Source: Christensenellales bacterium (GTDB lineage: Bacteria > Bacillota > Clostridia > Christensenellales > Aristaeellaceae). Taken from it: 40,819 bases of DNA. A model generated the notes under the pieces. That model saw nothing but the letters and a program-made list of their open reading frames with translations, was not told the DNA's origin and ran no database searches. Shown in pieces: positions 32,866 to 40,495 of the stretch. A program made the position numbers and the translations under genes. The first letter of the stretch is position 1. Every line of letters begins with the position of its first letter. The stretch spans positions 1 to 40,819 of the forward strand of contig JBGVOA010000475.1 in the NCBI GenBank assembly GCA_045126095.1. The letters are read 5' to 3'.

Positions 32866-33207
32866 ATGGCAGAACAGAAGAACGATCTCAAGGTACATAT
32901 CACCGGCACGGTAGAAGGACATGAAGCAGTCGATGTAACCGACGAGGGCGTAGCGGTGCTGGCCTTCGTAGGCAATGGCGTTCAATTTGCTGGAAGCGCC
33001 TATGGGGAGATGGATGAAATAGAGCTGGCAACGGTAATAAGCGCTCTGAAGGATCTGGTCGGCTACAAGATGTTTTACAAGGCGATGTCTGTATTCCTTG
33101 CGCACAGCATGGCGAGCAGTCTGATCGGCGGCGCTGAAGAGGAAGAAGAGAACGAACGCAAGGCTGCCGAGGCGGCCGGGGAGGTACACGATGGAGAAGA
33201 ACCCTAA
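32866..33207 (+). CDS. hypothetical early protein with acidic tail
   Basis: 113 aa. Weak paralogy to the next ORF (YGEMDEIELATVISALKDL versus YGDVTVGDLGSVLHILKQT). Confidence 0.55.
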   Translation: MAEQKNDLKVHITGTVEGHEAVDVTDEGVAVLAFVGNGVQFAGSAYGEMDEIELATVISALKDLVGYKMFYKAMSVFLAHSMASSLIGGAEEEEENERKAAEAAGEVHDGEEP

Positions 33208-33484
33208 TTTCGTGGCAAAAATAGTCGGAAACACGTGGGACAAGGACGGCGAGCCGATCATGGTCGAGACTGCGGACCAGTGCCGCGGCGTGATACAGTT
33301 CACGATCGACGATGACGCGGTTCACAGCCGGGTGTACGGTGACGTGACCGTGGGCGACCTTGGCAGCGTTCTTCACATACTCAAACAGACGTTTGATGCT
33401 GATGGTTACGCCACCGCGGAGAAGGTCGCCGAGGCGATCGCAGCCATCGAGGCCGAAAGCCATGAGACGCGAGCGGAGGCTTGA
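33191..33484 (+). CDS. hypothetical early protein
   Basis: 97 aa. Overlaps the previous ORF by 17 nt. Confidence 0.55.
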   Translation: MEKNPNFVAKIVGNTWDKDGEPIMVETADQCRGVIQFTIDDDAVHSRVYGDVTVGDLGSVLHILKQTFDADGYATAEKVAEAIAAIEAESHETRAEA

Positions 33485-33689
33485 CAACGTCCGGAGCTGC
33501 CATGGCTGCCCGGACAGGACGAGGAGCTGCAATGAGACATGCGAGGATTTCGCGATCCGCGAGATAATTGACGCTCTCGTGCAGTCGGAGATCCGGGCGA
33601 CAGTACAGCTCAATTACGACCTTAACGGTATAAAGCGCGCCGATATCGCGCGGATCGCACGGAAAAAGAGTCAGTCGAGGAGACGATAA
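33462..33689 (+). CDS. small Cys-containing basic protein
   Basis: 75 aa from ATG 33462. Contains 'CHGCPDRTRSCNETC'. Confidence 0.45.
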   Translation: MRRERRLDNVRSCHGCPDRTRSCNETCEDFAIREIIDALVQSEIRATVQLNYDLNGIKRADIARIARKKSQSRRR

Positions 33690-33690
33690 C

Positions 33691-33912
33691 GTGAGAAACT
33701 GTATCACATGCGGAAAGCGCCTGCATGGCGGCGGCTGCCGCGACCATCTGGAGGGCGAGTGCTGCGAGGGCGGCGGATATGAAGCCTGGCAGCCGAGGAC
33801 GAGTTTTGTGTTTCACGACATGGTGGAGGACTATCTGGCCGAGATCGGCTGGAAAGGCGACTACACCGTAAAGAAGGAAAAAGGGCATTACGTGCTGACG
33901 CTGCTGCCCTGA
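33691..33912 (+). CDS. small Cys-rich protein
   Basis: 73 aa from a GTG start 8 nt after GAGGAG. Contains 'CITCGKRLHGGGCRDHLEGECCEGG'. Confidence 0.5.
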   Translation: MRNCITCGKRLHGGGCRDHLEGECCEGGGYEAWQPRTSFVFHDMVEDYLAEIGWKGDYTVKKEKGHYVLTLLP

Positions 33913-33933
33913 CGCATATGAGGAGAGCTTGCA

Positions 33934-35265
33934 ATGATCACATATATCAACCGGGACCGGCTGGAGCCGCACCCGGATAACCCGAGGAAGGATCTGGGCG
34001 ACCTGACCGAGCTTGTCGCCAGCATATCGAAGCAGGGCCTTCTTCAAAATCTGACGGTGGTGCCCTCGCCGGAGAATGAGGGCAAATACCGGATCGTCAT
34101 CGGTCACCGGCGCTTCGCTGCCGCAGGCCTTGCCGGCATGCAGGAACTGCCCTGCGCGATCGACGAGCACATGGATTACCCCGAGCAGCTGGCGGTCATG
34201 ATGTCGGAGAACATCCAGCGCAGCGACCTGACGATCACCGAAAAGGTCGGCGGCGTGCAGATGATGATGGATCTGGGCCTCAACGCGCTTGACGTCGCGC
34301 AGAAGACCGGCATATCAAGCTCGACGGTCTACAAATACGCCAAGCTGGCCCAGCTCAACCGCAAGGAGATGCTCAAGGCCGAGCAGCGCGGCGCGACGCT
34401 GATGCAGTTTGCAGAGATAAACGATATCGAAGACGCCCAGCTGCGCAAGGAAGCGCTGGCCAAGGCAGGTACCGGCGAATACGGCATGGTAATGGCCAAG
34501 GTCAAAAGAGAGCGCACCAAGGCCGATATGCTCCCGCGCATCAGAGAGATATGCGAGGAGTTCGGCGTCACTGAGATCGAACAGCAGGACTGGAATAAAC
34601 ACAGATGGCTGAACTATTACAGCTATGGTGACCCAAGTACCCCCGAGGCGCTGCGCGGCTATCTGAAGGGCAAGAAGAAGGAGCATGTATACTGGGCGCG
34701 TGACTACGATATCGCCCTTTATGAGGTGATGAAGATCGACCCGGACGCCGACGCAAAGGCCGAGGCGAAGCGCATTGCGCAGGAGAAGATCGCCGCAAGA
34801 TTCCGTGACCAGCAGGAGCTCGCCAGAGCCTTCCGGGAAAAACGTGACGCTTTTATCCGGACATTTGACCCTGTCGGCAGCGACATGACCAAAGAGGTGC
34901 TGCGGTTTGTGGTCTGGGTGCAGACCCGGACGAATTATCAGTACTGCCCCATGGTCAACGGCCTTTTCGATCAGGAACTCATGCGCGGAGTCGAGCGGGA
35001 GCCCAGCTATACGGGCAGCGTGAAGGTCAGCGCAGATCTGATCTACACTTTCAACGTCCGCAAGCTCTGGTGCGCGCTGCTGATCGGTGCTTACGAAAGG
35101 TTCTGCGGCACCGGATCCAAGGATCAGATGGACAGATACACGGGCAAGTACAAGCCCGACGACGATCTTATCGGCCTATACGAATGGCTTCAGGTGCTTG
35201 GCTATGACCTGAGCACCGACGAGATGGACTGGCTGGACGGTACACATCAGATATATCAGGAGTGA
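33934..35265 (+). CDS. ParB N-terminal domain (ParB/Srx-like nuclease fold) protein
   Basis: 443 aa. 'RLEPHPDNPRKDLGDLTELVASISKQGLLQNLTVVP...YRIVIGHRRFAAAGLAG' carries the ParB GxRR-type box. An HTH-like 'ALDVAQKTGISSSTVYKY' follows. Confidence 0.85.
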   Translation: MITYINRDRLEPHPDNPRKDLGDLTELVASISKQGLLQNLTVVPSPENEGKYRIVIGHRRFAAAGLAGMQELPCAIDEHMDYPEQLAVMMSENIQRSDLTITEKVGGVQMMMDLGLNALDVAQKTGISSSTVYKYAKLAQLNRKEMLKAEQRGATLMQFAEINDIEDAQLRKEALAKAGTGEYGMVMAKVKRERTKADMLPRIREICEEFGVTEIEQQDWNKHRWLNYYSYGDPSTPEALRGYLKGKKKEHVYWARDYDIALYEVMKIDPDADAKAEAKRIAQEKIAARFRDQQELARAFREKRDAFIRTFDPVGSDMTKEVLRFVVWVQTRTNYQYCPMVNGLFDQELMRGVEREPSYTGSVKVSADLIYTFNVRKLWCALLIGAYERFCGTGSKDQMDRYTGKYKPDDDLIGLYEWLQVLGYDLSTDEMDWLDGTHQIYQE

Positions 35266-35269
35266 GATT

Positions 35270-35536
35270 ATGCAGGGAGCAGTTATCCGGCTTGCCGGGG
35301 ACAATGAATTTGCTGGAGCCATCGCCGAGGGCATGGTGAAGGCTGAGAACGCCGCGCTGCGGGAGACGATCGACATGCTGATGTGCGAAATCGCGCGGAA
35401 GGACGAGATCATAGAGATGTACCGGGCCCGGGAGATACGCGCCCGAGAGCGGAGCCTTGAACGCCTCCGCGAGAGCAACAAAAAGACCCGCACGCCGGCA
35501 GGGCTGCGGATCGCGAAGATCATAGGACTTATCTGA
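35270..35536 (+). CDS. hypothetical coiled-coil protein
   Basis: 88 aa. Followed by the hairpin ACCGCCGTG (35546-35554) / CACGGCGGT (35562-35570). Confidence 0.55.
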   Translation: MQGAVIRLAGDNEFAGAIAEGMVKAENAALRETIDMLMCEIARKDEIIEMYRAREIRARERSLERLRESNKKTRTPAGLRIAKIIGLI

Positions 35537-35634
35537 CAAAAACCAACCGCCGTGATGAGCACACGGCGGTCTTAACAAGGAGGAACCTGCAGTTCCAATA
35601 TACCACAATTACAGGCGAAAGGCAAGGTGAAAAT

Positions 35635-35826
35635 ATGGGAGATAAATGGTACAGTTTCCCGGCATACAAGCCCATGAAGCCCGGCAGATATCTGGTCACC
35701 TTACGCAGACCGCGGGCCGGGCGCTGGGTGGACATACGCAGGTGGAACGGGGAGATCTGGGAGCGCAACGACGATGTGAGCGCCTGGATGGTACTCCCGG
35801 AAAGGTTCGGTGTGCGGCATGCCTAG
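35635..35826 (+). CDS. DUF551-like small protein
   Basis: 63 aa with the W...P...W...VSAWMVLPERF pattern typical of DUF551. Confidence 0.5.
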   Translation: MGDKWYSFPAYKPMKPGRYLVTLRRPRAGRWVDIRRWNGEIWERNDDVSAWMVLPERFGVRHA

Positions 35827-36202
35827 CTGGAATATTGAAGCCTGCGCACGCTGCGGCAAAGAGGCAAGGCTTGTGTACAACGGACCGGAGTGGAAGCGGC
35901 AGTACAGTGTTCAGTGCACCGAGAACCCGCAGCATATATCTAGGCTATATCGTACCGGCCGCGAAGCTGTAAGCAACTGGAACGAGACTCAGCGCAGGAC
36001 ATATGACGACTGCGGCCTCAATGAGCTCATGTGGATCCCGAAGAAAGACAGGATGCCGACCGAGGCCGACGCCGACCCATACGGCTGCGTCATGATCTGG
36101 GACAGGCTGAACGGTGCGAAGATCACCGGCTGGCGGAACACTCAGGAACTTGGCCGCGAGGCAGTGACTCATTGGGCAAGACTGCCCGAGGGCCCGAAGT
36201 AA
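35819..36202 (+). CDS. Lar-like (restriction alleviation) zinc-ribbon domain fused to a DUF551-like domain
   Basis: The N-terminus 'CARCGKEARLVYNG...YSVQCTENPQH...REAVSNWN' matches the Lar-family pattern. The C-terminus 'WIPKKDRMPTE...VTHWARLPEGP' is DUF551-like. The start is uncertain (ATG 35819 or GTG 35810). Confidence 0.55.
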   Translation: MPSWNIEACARCGKEARLVYNGPEWKRQYSVQCTENPQHISRLYRTGREAVSNWNETQRRTYDDCGLNELMWIPKKDRMPTEADADPYGCVMIWDRLNGAKITGWRNTQELGREAVTHWARLPEGPK

Positions 36203-36213
36203 GGAGGTATATC

Positions 36214-36498
36214 ATGGCAACTAAAAGAGAATGGCTTATCGCCGCCCGGGAAAAACAGAAAATGACGGTCCAGCAGGCCGCGGGGAAGCTGAAGATCTCG
36301 CCCACGCTGCTGCTCTGGCTGGAGATGGACGAGAACACGATAACCCATCCGGGCATTGCCGACAGGATCCGCAAGCAGTACAAGCTGAGTGTCGAGCAGC
36401 GCAACGACATGGTGGCTGTGCAGTACGAGATAAAGGAAAAACCCAAGAAGAAGGCCCGCGCGGAGTACGAGATGGTGAACGGGGTGAAGCAGGGATGA
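36214..36498 (+). CDS. hypothetical, possibly HTH protein
   Basis: 94 aa from ATG 36214 after AAGGAGGT. 'KMTVQQAAGKLKISPTLLLWLE' is HTH-like. Confidence 0.55.
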   Translation: MATKREWLIAAREKQKMTVQQAAGKLKISPTLLLWLEMDENTITHPGIADRIRKQYKLSVEQRNDMVAVQYEIKEKPKKKARAEYEMVNGVKQG

Positions 36499-37454
36499 AA
36501 CTCAGCAGGATAAAGGCGCTTTGCAAGGCGCGGGAGATGGTGGAGCTGTTCACCCGGCGCGACGGCAAGCAGTTTCTGAGCGACGGCTGCGGAGTGTGGC
36601 CTGTGGACGAAAATCTGAAGCTGGACGAAGGCGTCGTGCGGACCATCTTCGAAGTCACCCGCAAAAAGTGGGAAGAGTCATGGCATTTTCAGGACATCGA
36701 CTTCACGAATGACGATGACGCCGAGGCCTGTGGACTGCCCGAGTGCCTGCTGGATGATTATTACGATCCCGGCAGAGAGGTGGAGCTTCTGCCGCTGAAC
36801 GAAAAGGCGCTGATCATCGGCGCGGAAATGCGGCTTTACAAGACCAATGACGGCAAAGAGAAGTATGTCTGGGCCAATGTGGAACAGTTCACCGCATGCC
36901 CCGACAATGTGCGCATGTATGCGCTGCGCACGGCCCCGGACACCACGCGCGCGATCGCGGTCTATGACGACATGTTCCTTGGCGGTCTGGTGCGCGTGCT
37001 GGGTACCGGCCAGCAGCTGAAGATACAGGAGACGCTCAGAGGCCTGAGCGAGAAGGAGGTAACTGATATGAAATGCCCGCAGTGCGGCAGCGACTTTGAC
37101 GGCTGCCAGGAGATCGGCAGCAGGATGATTAACACCTGCGAATGCGGCTGCCGAGTAATGACCGATACGAAGGTATACAAGCCCATGACCGAGGAGCAGA
37201 TCCTTCGCGGAGTGCAGCAGGAATACGGCACGAGCTACGAGATGGTAGTCGCCATCGAGGAGCTGACCGAGCTTGCCAAGGAGCTGTGCAAGGACATGCG
37301 CGATCAGGGCGACGAAGACGCTATCGCCGAGGAGATGGCGGATGTGGAGATCGTGCTGGCACACCTGAAAATGATCTACAGGAACGCAGCAGCCGTCGCC
37401 GGTTGGCGGCAGCAGAAGCTGCGAGAACTTGAGCAGATGCTCAGAGAGGCATAA
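36495..37454 (+). CDS. two-part protein: unknown N-domain plus zinc ribbon plus MazG-like NTP pyrophosphohydrolase C-domain
   Basis: 319 aa from ATG 36495 (ATGA overlap). The C-terminal 'EMVVAIEELTELAKELCKDMRDQGDEDAIAEEMADVEIVLAHL' matches the MazG EExxE...D pattern. An in-frame internal ATG at 37068 has a strong AAGGAGGT RBS. Confidence 0.65.
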   Translation: MKLSRIKALCKAREMVELFTRRDGKQFLSDGCGVWPVDENLKLDEGVVRTIFEVTRKKWEESWHFQDIDFTNDDDAEACGLPECLLDDYYDPGREVELLPLNEKALIIGAEMRLYKTNDGKEKYVWANVEQFTACPDNVRMYALRTAPDTTRAIAVYDDMFLGGLVRVLGTGQQLKIQETLRGLSEKEVTDMKCPQCGSDFDGCQEIGSRMINTCECGCRVMTDTKVYKPMTEEQILRGVQQEYGTSYEMVVAIEELTELAKELCKDMRDQGDEDAIAEEMADVEIVLAHLKMIYRNAAAVAGWRQQKLRELEQMLREA

Positions 37455-37503
37455 ACACATTTCTGTTGTTTGAGGTGCTGTGAAAAAGGAAAGGAGGTAT
37501 AGA

Positions 37504-37875
37504 ATGAAGGCTGATCAGGTAAATGAGGTCATTGAGACTGTTGCTGAGAAATTAGGGATAGCTATAGAACAGATTTACCCTGAACTAAGTAAGCAGGCAA
37601 CGGTTTATTGCAATGTTTACACTGTTGTACTATGGATATTTGGTATAAGCTGTATTGCACTTCTTGTTAGCCTAATAGGCATTTCAATATTTACGGACAG
37701 ATATTCTGACGTTGCTACTGGGTTTCTTATTGGGTCTATTGCCGTTGCAATACTGTCTGGAATAACGTTTTTGATCAGTGGAATATGGGCGCTTGGTTCA
37801 CTGGCATCATATCAAACTGCGCTTAACAACCCTGAGTGGTGGGTTATAGAGTATGTTCTGAATATGATAGGCTAG
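37504..37875 (+). CDS. low-GC membrane protein (second moron)
   Basis: 123 aa from ATG 37504, 5 nt after AAGGAGGT. It has 2-3 TM helices (VVLWIFGISCIALLVSLIGISIF; FLIGSIAVAILSGITFLISGIWALG). Hand-counted GC is 37 percent for 37621-37680 versus 53 percent for 37321-37380. Confidence 0.65.
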   Translation: MKADQVNEVIETVAEKLGIAIEQIYPELSKQATVYCNVYTVVLWIFGISCIALLVSLIGISIFTDRYSDVATGFLIGSIAVAILSGITFLISGIWALGSLASYQTALNNPEWWVIEYVLNMIG

Positions 37876-37958
37876 TGGTGAATGTAAGCCATAATGCAAT
37901 TGATCTTCTCAGGATGTTGGTTGTAATGCTGTGAACGACTGTTCGATTGCTTGTGAAT

Positions 37959-37984
37959 AGGGGCCGTGAAGGTGCGGCCCCTTT
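37959..37984 (+). terminator. hairpin or weak terminator after the second moron
   Basis: AGGGGCCG (37959-37966), an 8-nt loop, CGGCCCCT (37975-37982), then TTA. Confidence 0.45.
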
Positions 37985-38105
37985 ACAGAGGGAATCGAAT
38001 CGGGTTTCTTCTATATAATAGGCGTACTGCCTTGAATGTGCTTGTATTACGTATTAATAAGTCGTGCACAGGCGAGACGACAGGCGAAAGGAAGGGAGGC
38101 GGAGC

Positions 38106-39038
38106 ATGGCACGTTTAGAGGCTGGATCCAAATACGAAATCCTGTACGACCAGACCGAAGGCGAGGTCGATATAAAAGCCATGGGCGGAGTCCGCACCCG
38201 GACCATCCGCGCAGGCGAAACGCTGGAGCTGGAAGTGTTCCCGCTGATCAACGTGTCGGCCCCAGCCCGTCAGGAGTACCGCAGGCGCAAGTCCAGCCCT
38301 GCCCAGGTGGAGATCAACCGCCGCAACTCCGAAAATCGCATCCGCAGGCTGTGTGAAACGAACTTTGGAACCGGCGATATCGTCATGCATCCCACCTTCG
38401 ATTACAGTTTTGAGGACTATGCATTCTGCAACCCTAAGGACCGCCGTGCAGAGTTCGACAGGCTGGGCCTGCCAGTAGACGAGAACGAAGCCCATAAGTA
38501 TTTTGAGAAATTTATACGAAAAGTGCGCAGATACATCAAAAAGTGCGGCAAGGATCCGAAGGAGCTGAAATACCTGTACGTTCTCGAGAAAACTAAGGAG
38601 CCCCGCGACGAGGACATCAATGCCCTGCCGGCGCAGTTTCATTTCCACGCGATCATCAGCGGCATGGACGGCTGCCTGACCATCGAAAAGCTGAATGAGC
38701 TCTGGGGCCACGGCTACACCCGCGCTGAGCCGGTCAACATGCGATTCAATGGCCTGAAGGGCTTCGCCAGGTACATATCCAAGCGCATCAATGGCAGGAA
38801 CGGCCGAAAGCTCCGCTGGGGCCGCAGCAAAGGTAACCTGACCGAGCCGGAAGTCCGCGAGAGCGACCGGCGTATTTCACGTACCCGTCTGGCGAAGATC
38901 GCCCGCGACGTGATGGCCGACGGCAAGGAAATACTCGAAAAACTGTACCCTGAGTACCGGCTGGAGGAGGTGCCTGTTGTCAGGTATTCCGATTTCGTGG
39001 CCGGGGCTTACATATACGCGAGAATGCGAAGGAGGTAG
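38106..39038 (+). CDS. HUH-superfamily rolling-circle replication initiator-like protein
   Basis: 310 aa from ATG 38106, 6 nt after GGGAGG. Three candidate motifs:
- 'IVMHPTFDY', motif I-like.
- 'QFHFHAIISG', an HUH motif.
- 'GFARYISKRI', a catalytic Tyr motif of YxxK type. Confidence 0.7.
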   Translation: MARLEAGSKYEILYDQTEGEVDIKAMGGVRTRTIRAGETLELEVFPLINVSAPARQEYRRRKSSPAQVEINRRNSENRIRRLCETNFGTGDIVMHPTFDYSFEDYAFCNPKDRRAEFDRLGLPVDENEAHKYFEKFIRKVRRYIKKCGKDPKELKYLYVLEKTKEPRDEDINALPAQFHFHAIISGMDGCLTIEKLNELWGHGYTRAEPVNMRFNGLKGFARYISKRINGRNGRKLRWGRSKGNLTEPEVRESDRRISRTRLAKIARDVMADGKEILEKLYPEYRLEEVPVVRYSDFVAGAYIYARMRRR

Positions 39039-39041
39039 ATT

Positions 39042-39284
39042 ATGGCAAGACAGGTAAAAACGGTTTGTAAATGCGACATGTGTGGTAAAACGGAAGAAAT
39101 AATTGGTGATGGAACTCTCCCGTTCGGCTGGGAAAAAGTTGAGGTGCCAAAGATGCGAACAGAAGCATACGGCTGGGAAACAATAACAAGGCGAATTATT
39201 GAAACCAAGGAGATCTGCTTCGAGTGTTCATGCAAATATAAAATGGTGCTGGAGTCATTATTCGGTGGTGATTCGAATGAGTAA
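39042..39284 (+). CDS. small zinc-ribbon protein
   Basis: 80 aa with 'CKCDMCGK' and 'CFECSC'. Confidence 0.5.
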   Translation: MARQVKTVCKCDMCGKTEEIIGDGTLPFGWEKVEVPKMRTEAYGWETITRRIIETKEICFECSCKYKMVLESLFGGDSNE

Positions 39285-39579
39285 CGACCTGATAAGCCGG
39301 AAGGCGTTGGTAAGCGGATTGAGCCTTATGGCGAAGTATCAGCCAGAATGTAAACAGAGCACAATTTTAGGAGTATGTGCAACCATTAAAGCAGTTCCAG
39401 CCGTGGACGCTGAACCCGTGCGGCATGGGCGGTGGTTGCCTACCAATGACGATAACAAGAAACGGTGCAGTGAATGTGATGTTATACATCTGATTGCTCA
39501 ATACCCACACGGTCAGGCGAACTACTGCCCCAACTGCGGCGCAAAGATGGATGGAGGTAAAGACAATGCAGATAATTAA
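39277..39579 (+). CDS. small protein with C-terminal zinc ribbon
   Basis: 100 aa from ATG 39277. Contains 'CSECD...YCPNCGAKM'. Confidence 0.55.
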   Translation: MSNDLISRKALVSGLSLMAKYQPECKQSTILGVCATIKAVPAVDAEPVRHGRWLPTNDDNKKRCSECDVIHLIAQYPHGQANYCPNCGAKMDGGKDNADN

Positions 39580-39757
39580 GCACGGAGACCCGAGATGGAC
39601 GGACAGGCTCCACAGATTCAGATGCGTGTTTTGTGGCTGCGAATGGATCGCTGGCCCGCATGAGGTATACCGGAATATCAATGGGCTGGATAACGCCTGC
39701 TATTGCCCGGACTGTCATGAGCTGACAAGAGCGAAAGACGACGCAAATGAATCCTAA
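39566..39757 (+). CDS. small zinc-ribbon protein
   Basis: 63 aa from ATG 39566. Contains 'CVFCGC...YCPDCH'. Confidence 0.5.
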   Translation: MQIIKHGDPRWTDRLHRFRCVFCGCEWIAGPHEVYRNINGLDNACYCPDCHELTRAKDDANES

Positions 39758-39968
39758 GCTGGATAAGCGCAAGGTCCTTTACTCGGTCTACCTGACAAAG
39801 GATGACCGCATTATTGCGTTTGAACTCCCGGCGGCCAGAGTCGCAGAGATAATGGGCATTACGCTACCCACGTTTTACTCATATGTGAGCCAGCAGGCCC
39901 ACATACCAAACCGCAGATATAAATACAAAGTTTATCGCACAAAAGTATCAGATCTGACCGACGATTGA
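39747..39968 (+). CDS. small HTH-like protein
   Basis: 73 aa. 'PAARVAEIMGITLPTFYSYVSQ' is HTH-like. Confidence 0.5.
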   Translation: MNPKLDKRKVLYSVYLTKDDRIIAFELPAARVAEIMGITLPTFYSYVSQQAHIPNRRYKYKVYRTKVSDLTDD

Positions 39969-39986
39969 CGAAAGGAGTGTGATGCA

Positions 39987-40391
39987 ATGGCTGATATGCA
40001 GCGCTGGCTGCTCAGGGCGCGGGGAATAAACGCAAAGATCGACGCGCTGGACGAGCTGATAGAGCGGATCGAGTCAAAGGCAGAAGGCGGCGGCTCCAAA
40101 GGCGGCGGTGGCGGCGGAAGCCGGAAGCCCGGAGGACTCGACAAATATCTCATCCAGATCGAGACCTACAAGAGCAATCGCGAGAAGATGGTCCGGATCC
40201 GCGACGAGGTCTACGACGCGATATGCATGCTTGAGAATAATGTCCACCAGAGCGCGCTTATCAGCTATTACATCACCGGAAGGGACTGGGAGGATATCGC
40301 CGCTGATCTGGGCAAGGACAGGACGACGATATACAGGTGGCATAAAAAAGCGCTGCTTGATCTGGAAAATATTTTAGAAATTGCAACATAA
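39987..40391 (+). CDS. sigma-region-4-like late-gene transcriptional regulator (ArpU/RinA/DUF1492-type position)
   Basis: 134 aa. The C-terminus 'LISYYITGRDWEDIAADLGKDRTTIYRWHKKALLDL' resembles sigma-70 region 4. There is a Gly-rich linker (GGGSKGGGGGGS). It is the last early gene before the packaging genes. Confidence 0.7.
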   Translation: MADMQRWLLRARGINAKIDALDELIERIESKAEGGGSKGGGGGGSRKPGGLDKYLIQIETYKSNREKMVRIRDEVYDAICMLENNVHQSALISYYITGRDWEDIAADLGKDRTTIYRWHKKALLDLENILEIAT

Positions 40392-40430
40392 TGCAACATA
40401 ATGCAACATGTTGCAGTTGAATGCAACACG
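40381..40430. repeat. 10-bp-phased TGCAAC array containing a perfect 14-bp palindrome
   Basis: TGCAAC occurs at 40382, 40392, 40402 and 40422, and inverted (GTTGCA) at 40410. TGCAACATGTTGCA (40402-40415) is a perfect palindrome. Confidence 0.85.
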
Positions 40431-40445
40431 GGGAATGAGTACAAT
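40417..40445 (+). promoter_or_regulatory. candidate late promoter
   Basis: TTGAAT (40417-40422), a 17-nt spacer, TACAAT (40440-40445). Overlaps the TGCAAC array. Confidence 0.5.
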
Positions 40446-40495
40446 AGTACCATCAAGAGCTTCAGGAGAGAGGCGCTTGGTTCACTCCTTTCGCG

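Noticed and set aside
33934-35265. ParB plus Rep read as evidence for a phage-plasmid lifestyle.
   Set aside because: No ParA or parS array is visible. A complete serine-integrase lysogeny module is present. ParB-N-domain proteins are common in ordinary phages. This remains an open possibility only.
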